Position numbers and translations under genes: made by a program
Virus record (IMG/VR): IMGVR_UViG_3300044535_000472
Location: 58,615 to 122,614 of that record
Reading direction: 5' to 3' (one strand)
DNA: 64,000 nt
Source: a virus
Part shown: piece after piece, positions 8,837 to 17,831 of the stretch
How the letters are laid out: each line of letters begins with the position of its first letter
Numbering within the stretch: the first letter of the stretch is position 1
The notes under the pieces: model-generated
Told to the model about the DNA's origin: nothing
What the model saw: the letters and a program-made list of their open reading frames with translations, nothing else
Databases searched by the model: none

Positions 8837-11512
8837 TTATTCTAGTTCATAACCAGCATTAATCAATGCTTGAATTTCCTCATCGCTTAAGTAGTAAGTA
8901 CCACCTTGTTGGTATTGACCACCCATTTCATAAGAACCACCAGATTGACTTCGTGGTCCTATATACTCATCTCTATCAAATCTATTAGCTACTCTATTAT
9001 ATCTATTTTCTAAACGTTCTTGTTGTCTTTCTTCTCTAGGAGATATACCTTGATTATCGTTATACCAAGTTTTTAAAGACATGTCTTTTTGTGCTAATCT
9101 ATCAAGTTTATTACCAATTTCTGTTAAACGATTTGTAGCCTTATCATTTCTAATATCGGATCTATAATTTTTAGCATTATAACCAGCAGGATTAAACTGT
9201 CTTGTCATAATAGGCGCTTCTACATTATTTATCTTAGATGAATTAAAAGTTGGTCCTTGTATAGTATCCCAACGAGATGCTCTATTACGTGCTTTATCAA
9301 TAAAGCTTTGATCATTAGGAGTAACTAGACTACCATCGTTATTATATTGCACATTACCTTGTCCAGGTTGATTAGCTCGGATTCTCATCTTATATCTATT
9401 AGGACCTTGTGTAATATCATAACGGTTAATGTTATTATCTTTAAACCAAGTATTATACTGAGCATTTGCACCAGGACCTGTAACAGGTGTACCAGGTACC
9501 GTAGTTCCAGCAGCACCGGCAGTTCCTTGTCCTTGACCCTGCATATTAATCATTTGCTGAGCCATAGCCTGATTAAATAATGCATTGATGTTACGTTTTG
9601 TTCTAAAACCAAACAAAGGTGTTTTAGTATAACCAGCTGCCATTGCTTGTAATAAACTTTGCATTGCTGGATTAAACTGATAACCACCTGCACCGCCTCC
9701 ACCTGTATTAGTATTGGTGTTAGTATTTGTACTATTTCCACCTGCAGCAGGAGTAGTAGGTTTTGCAGGAGATCCGTAATAGTCAGCAGTAATTTTATTT
9801 GTACTAACTGGATACTTTTTATTTAAAGCATCCATAGCTTTAGCACGCTTGTCTTCAATTGCTTGTAATGTTGCTGCATCTGCGTTGTTCAACATTGCAT
9901 TATCATACTCAGCTTCTGAATCTGCAATAAGAGTTTCTAACTCAGTATCATACTTAGTATCTCTTCCTCCAGCTACAGTATTTGTATTTAAATTTGTATA
10001 ACCCAATTGATTTGGATTATATCCATAATCATATGCCGTTTGTCTTGCTTGATTTACAAAAGCATTTATTTTAGTTTGATCCCCGCTAGCAATAAGTTTT
10101 CCTAACTCGGTATTATACCAAGTTTCAAAATCAGCTTCTGTTGTTTTAGCTGGTCTACCAATCTGGGCTCTAGGAATACCGCCATATTTTGCAGTAGTTG
10201 GTTGTTGTGATTTATTTATCATATCTTGTAGCTTTTGCATATTTTGATAAAATTCAGCATTAGTTTGTTTAGCTTTAGCAATAGGTTTTGAAAATGCATC
10301 TTGTGCAGAACTGTATAATCCTTGCATTAACTGAGAATTAGCTTGCTTAGCTTCATTAGGATCATACATTCCTGTGTAATAAGGGTTAAGAGGATTTTGA
10401 CCATCAAACCCAAACTCTTGAAAATCACTACCACTCATACCCATACCCATTTGAGCCATAGGCATTTCTTGCATCATTTCTTCTGGCATTTCTTGTTGAG
10501 CTTGCTCTTGACCTGCACCTTGAAGTTGCTGAACCACAGCATCTACAATTTGCATAGCTTGCTCTTCAGGGATACCCATCTCAATTAACTTTTGATCAAC
10601 CTCTTCAGGAGTAGCCCCTTGCTGTAAAGCTTGAGCTACCATTTGCATTAGTTGTTCTTGAGAGGTTTGCTCAGAAGTTTGTTGTGGAGCTTGCATTCCC
10701 ATTTGAGCAAATCCCATTTCTTCAGATTCGCTAAGTTGACCTTTACGCTTATTACCTAAAGCTTTTTGAATTACAGCATTAGCTGACATATCTCTTAGAT
10801 AATTCAAAAAGTTATTAGGCTTCTCATAATACTCATAGTTCTCAGTATTATCAGTAAGCTTTTCTGGTGTAAAAAAACCACCACCCTTTTGAGCAGTTGG
10901 TATTCCATAGTGACTACTATCCATTTTTATTGCATTTTGTATAGGAGATCCTGCCCCCATTTCATATTTAGGAAGATCTCCCATTTGTCCAAGTTGGTCC
11001 GTTGAACCGCCACCTTGAAATGCCATATAAAGCTGGCCGCCTTTTTTTGCTGTTGCCATAGGATTTGTGTATGCGCTATTTTGGTAGCCAGGTTCATATA
11101 CAGGAACTTTTTCATTAGGGAAATCTGTAAACTGCCCAGTTGAAGTAAGCCACGGATAAGATCCATATTTTTTCATTGATGAAGTTTGATAAAGATTAAA
11201 AGGGTCATTAAGATAATCCCTTTGAGTCTTCTTCATTCTATTTTGATCTTGGTAGTTAAGAGCCATTGTTGCTCCCGACACAAGACCATGTACAGTATCT
11301 CTTAGATAAGGATGATTATCAATAAATCCGCTCATGCCACCCTTAGGTTTTTTAAGCTTTATATTGAGATTGTTATGGAGATTGTCTAAATTAATATCAC
11401 CAGGTTGACTCAATTTAGCATAAGGATCATTAAGCTCAATAGTATTTGTGGAGTTATAGTCATCCCCAAGAACATCTTGCCACGGACCGCCTGTGTAATA
11501 CTTTTTTATCAT
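8837..11512 (-). CDS. Putative internal virion (cargo) protein, low complexity, many xxxGG motifs (891 aa)
   Basis: Gln/Met/Gly/Asn-rich. Motifs YYTGG, AKKGG, FQGGG, AQKGG, AKYGG, SQSGG, YEMGG, YQQGG. Confidence 0.6.
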   Translation of the reverse strand: MIKKYYTGGPWQDVLGDDYNSTNTIELNDPYAKLSQPGDINLDNLHNNLNIKLKKPKGGMSGFIDNHPYLRDTVHGLVSGATMALNYQDQNRMKKTQRDYLNDPFNLYQTSSMKKYGSYPWLTSTGQFTDFPNEKVPVYEPGYQNSAYTNPMATAKKGGQLYMAFQGGGSTDQLGQMGDLPKYEMGAGSPIQNAIKMDSSHYGIPTAQKGGGFFTPEKLTDNTENYEYYEKPNNFLNYLRDMSANAVIQKALGNKRKGQLSESEEMGFAQMGMQAPQQTSEQTSQEQLMQMVAQALQQGATPEEVDQKLIEMGIPEEQAMQIVDAVVQQLQGAGQEQAQQEMPEEMMQEMPMAQMGMGMSGSDFQEFGFDGQNPLNPYYTGMYDPNEAKQANSQLMQGLYSSAQDAFSKPIAKAKQTNAEFYQNMQKLQDMINKSQQPTTAKYGGIPRAQIGRPAKTTEADFETWYNTELGKLIASGDQTKINAFVNQARQTAYDYGYNPNQLGYTNLNTNTVAGGRDTKYDTELETLIADSEAEYDNAMLNNADAATLQAIEDKRAKAMDALNKKYPVSTNKITADYYGSPAKPTTPAAGGNSTNTNTNTNTGGGGAGGYQFNPAMQSLLQAMAAGYTKTPLFGFRTKRNINALFNQAMAQQMINMQGQGQGTAGAAGTTVPGTPVTGPGANAQYNTWFKDNNINRYDITQGPNRYKMRIRANQPGQGNVQYNNDGSLVTPNDQSFIDKARNRASRWDTIQGPTFNSSKINNVEAPIMTRQFNPAGYNAKNYRSDIRNDKATNRLTEIGNKLDRLAQKDMSLKTWYNDNQGISPREERQQERLENRYNRVANRFDRDEYIGPRSQSGGSYEMGGQYQQGGTYYLSDEEIQALINAGYELE

Positions 11513-11594
11513 ACCGCTAATATAGTCATTATAATATATAAGATACTGATTTCTTTAATAAATTCCTAGCTATCAAAGATTTAACTTTTTAAGT

Positions 11595-13553
11595 TTAGGT
11601 TTTTACAAATACATACTTACCATTGGTATCTGTAAGAATCTGGAAACCTTTATCTTTACGTGAACCTCCTTTCTTAAAACCAGCAGGATTTGGATTATTT
11701 ATATCTATTTCCCATTGTGGCTCAGTTAAGTCAAAATTTCCCCATATTCTACCAGAACCTTTTATTTCTTGCGGAAAACTATAGCCTTGAATATTACGGT
11801 TTAACTCATCAATATGTCTAGGGTATCTTCTTAAAGATGGGGATAAGCTTTTATCATAATTTTCTAAAAAGGTTCCTATACCTTTCTCATAGATACTAGG
11901 ATAGTCTACACCAAATTTTCCTATTTTTCTAATACTTGTACGATCATACATATCTGTAAAAGCTGATTCAGGTATTCCTGAAAGATCTACAACACCAACT
12001 TCACCTGTTGCAGGGTCAAACATAAAGTTGTTTGGATTTACCCAGTCTACAGATATGTCATTATCTTGTAAAAATTTCAATCTTTTTGAAGTATTTGCTA
12101 TTGACTGTGGTGTTAGTTTACTTCTAAATGTAGATAAACCTCCAGGACTTTCTAAGAATCGCATTAGAGGTTGACCTGAAACTTTATTTAACACTTGAAC
12201 AGCAACACCTGGTGTACTTATTTTTGAAACTTGTGTTCTAAAATCAGGAAATACATGAGAAACCTTAGGTAATCCTAAATATGAATCTGCAGAAGATTGT
12301 CCTAATAGACCAAGTTTATCAAAAGTTTCTTGCGTTTCCCAAGGCATTAAGTTACCAACTTTTAAAACTTCAGTTTCACTACCTACAATTGGTAGCACTT
12401 TTCCAAAATAACCAGAAGCCGCATTTTGAAATGAGTTAACGTCAATAGGATAGCGAAGTTTATTCACTGCCTTTTGTAAATACTTATTTTGCAAATTAGC
12501 TATAACATCTATATCAAACGTATTTAGATGATTTCGTGCATTTTTAACTTTTTCTATATACGGTTGTAGATCAATAGTTTCTCCATCAAACTTAGCCATT
12601 CTCGCATTTTGCAACTGATACTCATGAAAATTAAAATCATCTAATGCATCTTTGTACTCAGGTGAGCTTTTAACTTGATAAACTTCATCTTGAAGCTGCT
12701 TACTCCAACGTCTTACATCCCACTCTTTAATGTTTTTAGGATTTGTAAACATACCATTACCATACACATAGTCTAAAAACTTTTGGGTTTTTTCTTTATC
12801 GTATAGTGAACTCTGTTTACTAGAAAGCTTTGGTTCAAAAAGTATATTCTTTACTTCTCCCGTTCTTGTAATAACACTTTTTCCAGCACTCTTTAATAAG
12901 GGTGAAGCAGCCCTTGCAACAGGAACTGCTGCGGCTAAATCTAAATAATTTCCTAGTGCTTCTCCACTATATCTTGGATCAAATAAACCTAATGTATTTG
13001 TTAAACCATATTCTAACGGATTATCAACAAATTTTTCTACTTGTCTACCACCAGCATTTATTACAAAAGCAGGTATACCAGCAGCCATATCTACCACTGA
13101 AGTCATTGGTGATCCTACACCATACCCTTCATAAGGATTATGCATTCCTAGTGATCCACTTGGAATATCGTAACCTCTGTTAACAGCAGCTATAGTTTCC
13201 ATAGGATGGCTTACAGCTGTCCAGGCACGTCTTGCAAATTTTTCAGCATCGCTTCTAGTATCTGCCGTAAGTACATCTTGACGTTTTAATGCTTCTGGTA
13301 AAGCATCATACGCTTCCTGCGCTTTAGCTTCTTCTATAATCTGTTTACCACTTTTATCTTTCCATGTGTCAGGAGCTTTAGGCATATTAGTAGGTCTAGT
13401 AGATTCTGCTACAACAGGTTGCGTTTTAACTTCCCTTATATCCCCTACAAGATTTTGTGTGGGTGCTACTTTCATTTCACGTCTAAGGAAATCTCTCCAG
13501 TCTGGAATATTAGTTTGTGCCTTAGGTAATGATTTTATTTTAACTTTTCTCAT
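11595..13553 (-). CDS. Modular cargo-like protein with C-terminal protein-kinase-like domain (652 aa)
   Basis: Gly-loop ASGYFGKV, beta3 lysine VLKV, hinge VQVLNKVSGQPL, catalytic loop DWVNPN (DxxxxN) and DFG-equivalent VVDLS, in canonical order. Confidence 0.75.
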   Translation of the reverse strand: MRKVKIKSLPKAQTNIPDWRDFLRREMKVAPTQNLVGDIREVKTQPVVAESTRPTNMPKAPDTWKDKSGKQIIEEAKAQEAYDALPEALKRQDVLTADTRSDAEKFARRAWTAVSHPMETIAAVNRGYDIPSGSLGMHNPYEGYGVGSPMTSVVDMAAGIPAFVINAGGRQVEKFVDNPLEYGLTNTLGLFDPRYSGEALGNYLDLAAAVPVARAASPLLKSAGKSVITRTGEVKNILFEPKLSSKQSSLYDKEKTQKFLDYVYGNGMFTNPKNIKEWDVRRWSKQLQDEVYQVKSSPEYKDALDDFNFHEYQLQNARMAKFDGETIDLQPYIEKVKNARNHLNTFDIDVIANLQNKYLQKAVNKLRYPIDVNSFQNAASGYFGKVLPIVGSETEVLKVGNLMPWETQETFDKLGLLGQSSADSYLGLPKVSHVFPDFRTQVSKISTPGVAVQVLNKVSGQPLMRFLESPGGLSTFRSKLTPQSIANTSKRLKFLQDNDISVDWVNPNNFMFDPATGEVGVVDLSGIPESAFTDMYDRTSIRKIGKFGVDYPSIYEKGIGTFLENYDKSLSPSLRRYPRHIDELNRNIQGYSFPQEIKGSGRIWGNFDLTEPQWEIDINNPNPAGFKKGGSRKDKGFQILTDTNGKYVFVKT

Positions 13554-13559
13554 TCTAAG

Positions 13560-16500
13560 TTATTTTAAATTGTCCAATACGCTTCTTGTATATTTATTTC
13601 TTTCACCCAATGGGACTAGCACCCCATCTTTTTTCACATTTCGTATATAGTTCTTAAGCATCTTTTCATAAGCTTGTTTTTTTACAGTAGCATCTTTTGT
13701 TGTAGAATACTGATTTGCTGCTCCAAAAAAGTTAGGATATTCTTCTATAGGAAGACCATTATAAACAAAGTCTAATGCAAGTACTTTTAAATCAGGATGT
13801 AACTTATCAAAAGAACCTTTTCCAAATTTTGTTTCATACTGCTCTAATGTGCGATCAAGATGTTCTTCTGCATCATTACGCATTAACGCAATAGCCTCAT
13901 CTTTAGTAAGCCCTTTAGAATATCTGTTAGTTTTAACATCATCATCTGTTAGCTTATGACCATAACCTATTGTATCATTACCACCTTCTTCAGATGCATA
14001 CTGATAATATCTTCCATCTTTTAAACCTTTATTAACACCATTTTCTTGTTGCATCAATCGTGTATAGTAATCTTCAGGTATTTTAAATCTCACAGGTTTT
14101 GGTTTATCAAAGGCATTCATCACTTGATTATATTGATCTAATAAAGTTGGTGTTGGTTGTGGGAGAATTCCCATCTTTTGCATTTGATCAAAAACATCTG
14201 GTGTTTCTGGTGCGGGCTTATAACCATATTGCTGCATCATATTAATAATGCCACCTCCATCTTGTTTTCTTTCTATATAGCGCATTCTTTGCAGCTCAGG
14301 ATCAAATACTAAGTTTTGATTTTTACCTCCCCAGTTACGGTCATTGCTCAACATAAAGTCCTTATACTCCATCCAACCGGTATCTCCAGGATGGGATTCT
14401 CCCGGTATATGAGACTTTAACCAAACACCTGTATCAGGATTAGTACTAAAGCCATGATACATATTATCATAGGGATCTGGCTGCCAGTGTGGATTCATTT
14501 CTAAAGCTTGCTCAAAATTCTCAGGTTTTCCTAAAGCATTCCACATGTTATAGTGATCATATTGTCTAGGGTTACCATATTGCCACTTGGAGTCAGGTCT
14601 TCTATTTTCAGGCGCTGTTTCACTGTAACATAAAAAATCTTCATAGTCATCCGGCAAGCCACCACCAGTTTGAGCTTGATCTAAATATAACTCGAAATCA
14701 CCTTCATCAAACATTTCATCATCTACAATAATATCTTGAAATGCTCTATTTCTATTTGCAAGTATTTCTTCTTCTGTAGATCCTCCAGCTTGTTTTACCT
14801 TTTTAAATCTTTTATCATTAGGATCAAATGGTGCAGCATCATTTGTATTCCAAATTCTACCATACCATGTATTGTAATATGCATCTGATGGAGTACCATC
14901 GGGTTTAAGATCTATGTTTTGATAATAGAAATCACGACCCTTATTTAATAACTGACGTCTATCATTTACTGAAAGTTTATTAATAGCGGGTGCATATTGT
15001 TGCCACAATTTATCTAGCTCTGCCAACTTTGCCGCTACGGCTTTTTTATCAGCCTTAGCTCCATAATAGTCAATATTAAAACTACCTCTATTAGGTAATC
15101 CAGATTGACCTATGCTTTTTAAATATTGATCTAATTGATATATTCTAGGATCTCTACCAGTATTATATATAAAATCAACAGCTTCAGTTTGCTCTGCTGG
15201 AGTAGTATAGTAAGGTTGTGCGATTGGTAAAACATTAGTCATCATCCAATTTATAGCATCATCCCTTTTAGGATTAGTACCTAGTAAAGGATTTCCATAA
15301 TCAGTTAAACCTGTACCATCACGTCTTCCTCTTGCATATTCGTAATCTGCAATTTTACCTATACCTGTTTTTATATCACCAATTAGTTGAGCCTTTGGTA
15401 ATGATTTTATTTTTATTTGTTTAAGACTTGGTATAGATATATCACCACCTTTTTGCTTTCTAGTATATCTAGCGCTACCCGTTCCCATATGAGCTCTAGA
15501 TGTATTTTGCCATATCTCAGGAGTAACTCTATCAGTCCTAATTACATCAAATATTTTTTCTCCTGGTTGACCTTTAAAAGCATAATGTGAAAATGGATCT
15601 AACTCTCCAAATGCGTTTTGTGCAAAACCACGATAAACTTTTGGATCTAAAAACATTTCTTTAAGAACTACTTTTAACGGAGCAAGCTCAGGCTTAATAT
15701 CATAGTAAGCTCTCATAAAATCATAGTAAGACATTTTAGCATAATCTAATAAGTTAGGGCTATCTTTAAACACAAGATCATCTTCTCCAGGTGTCCAACT
15801 CATAGAACGGCTTTTGTCATAATCAGCTGCCAGTACCCCTCTTCTGTTTTTGGGATTTGTTGCTTTTGCCAAAGCATCTTTCTTATTTCTAAATTTTCTT
15901 TGCATTGGCCACGCATCGGTCTGCGCTTTTCTATATACATCATCAAGACCTTGAGTTAACCTATGTTGTTTCATAGGATCTTTTGTAACATATACAAAAT
16001 CTCTAATAGATGTTGGTAATCTTTTTTGATAGTCATTTGCTACAATACCTGTTCCATATGGGGAACCCCTAAATCCATAGTTAATTGGATATTCATTTGC
16101 TGATATCCAATCTAGTCTATTTGATGATGAGAAATCTGTAGGACGTCTTAAAGTAACAGAATAGCCATCGCCATAAGTATAACCCTCGGCATTAGGTTTA
16201 GAGTTTGATACGTATAGTGCATGTTCCCCTTTCTTTAAACCATATCTACCATATCCAGTTTCTCCTGGTATGTGGGATGCCATATACTCTGCAGCAGCTT
16301 GAGGATTTGTTTCATAGTTAATCCCCTGCGCTTCTAACTCTTTAATTAATTTACTCCAAGCATTTTCTTCACCGAGCCATCTACCACTAAGAGTTTCTTT
16401 AACTTTAGGCCAATTGGTACTAACACCTCTTACAAAAGTGTTATGCCTATTTAACAAACCTCTAAAAGTCATGTCAGTAAGCATATCTGATTTTGCAACT

Positions 16501-17831
16501 CTTTGTATATCAGGTATATTATATCCATACTGTTTTGCCCAATGCTGTAAATTTTGAAGATCTTTAAATCTTCTTCCTGTGCTTCCAATTGCTCCAATAT
16601 TTTTTACCGCATTTAAATCTGAAGATAAATTTTTAGCTCCTAGAAAGTTTAACGCATTGAGACCTCCTTCAAATGCTACATCTCTCCAGTCTCCTTCTCC
16701 AGCATTATATCTAGATACAGCTTGTCTAAAGTCAGATTCTGGATTTAAAAAATTATAAGTACCTACAGCTTGAAATGCTGGATTAACGACATTACCCAGT
16801 GTAACACCAGTACCTAATAACTCCAAACCTAATGTACTAGCAATAGCTGGAGCAGCTGCATATAATCCTACTGCAGCATCTAAAGGTCCAACTGTTGTAT
16901 TTGTTGTACCAAGCATGTTTGCTTTCTGCTGAGAATCTTGCTTATGTTGTTGATAAGCAGAAAATTTTCTACTAAACTCGGTACTATTAATAGCTTTATC
17001 GGCCTGATCTAAAATGTATTTTTTATCTTTTAACTTAGAATTTAATTTCTTTTTTTCTTTTTCATTTTTTGAAAAAGATATATCAAAAGTCAGTTGACCT
17101 ATTTCGTCTTCTATTTTTTGTTTATTGTATGATGCATTTAAATAATCAGTTATGTCTGCATCACTTATTTCACTATTAGTAATATCTTCAGGACTCCATA
17201 AACTCATTCCTCCTATTTTTGGACCTGTACCAAAGCGACTTGTATATGCTGCTTTAGCATAACCAGTTTCTGGATTTACACTTTCTAAATCTTCTTGACT
17301 AGGTGTAGTAAGATGTTTTGCAAAACGTTCTTTTTTCTCCTGCTCTAAAACTTCTTTAGATGGTTGCTTATAATTAGCATCCATCCAGTTTGCAATCTCT
17401 TTACCTCTTTCTAAATTATTCTTATTCTGAGCTGCTGTATTATATGCCCAATTTGCATTTCTATATTCATCTACTGAGTTCCATCCTGCTACCTGTGCTC
17501 TTCTGTTAAGCTCCATATTCTCAGCAGGACTTAAATTAACATCATAGCTAGAATTAAATTGACCTGTAGTTTGGGCTTTTGGTAAAGTCTTTATTTTAAC
17601 TCTTTTAAGATTTGGCATAGAGGTATTACCACCATAAGCCATCATAGGTATTTCATATACGGCAGTACCAGGAAATGTATAGTTACCTCCAGGCTGCATC
17701 ATTTTAGTATTACCTAAATTATCAATACCCAATACAGGGTATGGTACACCCTTCATTGTTATATCACCACTTGGAATAATAGTATCCTCACCAGGATATT
17801 TCCATTGTCCATATTTACTTACTTTAGCCAT
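13560..17831 (-). CDS. Multidomain cargo-like protein: ART-like segment, degenerate lysozyme-like domain, C-terminal GH24-like lysozyme (1423 aa)
   Basis: C-terminal MQQENG...DTIGYGHKL...LTKDEAIALMRND...ALDFVYN matches phage lysozyme motifs. FVRGV...LYVSNSKPNAEGY resembles an ART core. Modules are separated by GG motifs. Confidence 0.7.
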   Translation of the reverse strand: MAKVSKYGQWKYPGEDTIIPSGDITMKGVPYPVLGIDNLGNTKMMQPGGNYTFPGTAVYEIPMMAYGGNTSMPNLKRVKIKTLPKAQTTGQFNSSYDVNLSPAENMELNRRAQVAGWNSVDEYRNANWAYNTAAQNKNNLERGKEIANWMDANYKQPSKEVLEQEKKERFAKHLTTPSQEDLESVNPETGYAKAAYTSRFGTGPKIGGMSLWSPEDITNSEISDADITDYLNASYNKQKIEDEIGQLTFDISFSKNEKEKKKLNSKLKDKKYILDQADKAINSTEFSRKFSAYQQHKQDSQQKANMLGTTNTTVGPLDAAVGLYAAAPAIASTLGLELLGTGVTLGNVVNPAFQAVGTYNFLNPESDFRQAVSRYNAGEGDWRDVAFEGGLNALNFLGAKNLSSDLNAVKNIGAIGSTGRRFKDLQNLQHWAKQYGYNIPDIQRVAKSDMLTDMTFRGLLNRHNTFVRGVSTNWPKVKETLSGRWLGEENAWSKLIKELEAQGINYETNPQAAAEYMASHIPGETGYGRYGLKKGEHALYVSNSKPNAEGYTYGDGYSVTLRRPTDFSSSNRLDWISANEYPINYGFRGSPYGTGIVANDYQKRLPTSIRDFVYVTKDPMKQHRLTQGLDDVYRKAQTDAWPMQRKFRNKKDALAKATNPKNRRGVLAADYDKSRSMSWTPGEDDLVFKDSPNLLDYAKMSYYDFMRAYYDIKPELAPLKVVLKEMFLDPKVYRGFAQNAFGELDPFSHYAFKGQPGEKIFDVIRTDRVTPEIWQNTSRAHMGTGSARYTRKQKGGDISIPSLKQIKIKSLPKAQLIGDIKTGIGKIADYEYARGRRDGTGLTDYGNPLLGTNPKRDDAINWMMTNVLPIAQPYYTTPAEQTEAVDFIYNTGRDPRIYQLDQYLKSIGQSGLPNRGSFNIDYYGAKADKKAVAAKLAELDKLWQQYAPAINKLSVNDRRQLLNKGRDFYYQNIDLKPDGTPSDAYYNTWYGRIWNTNDAAPFDPNDKRFKKVKQAGGSTEEEILANRNRAFQDIIVDDEMFDEGDFELYLDQAQTGGGLPDDYEDFLCYSETAPENRRPDSKWQYGNPRQYDHYNMWNALGKPENFEQALEMNPHWQPDPYDNMYHGFSTNPDTGVWLKSHIPGESHPGDTGWMEYKDFMLSNDRNWGGKNQNLVFDPELQRMRYIERKQDGGGIINMMQQYGYKPAPETPDVFDQMQKMGILPQPTPTLLDQYNQVMNAFDKPKPVRFKIPEDYYTRLMQQENGVNKGLKDGRYYQYASEEGGNDTIGYGHKLTDDDVKTNRYSKGLTKDEAIALMRNDAEEHLDRTLEQYETKFGKGSFDKLHPDLKVLALDFVYNGLPIEEYPNFFGAANQYSTTKDATVKKQAYEKMLKNYIRNVKKDGVLVPLGERNKYTRSVLDNLK

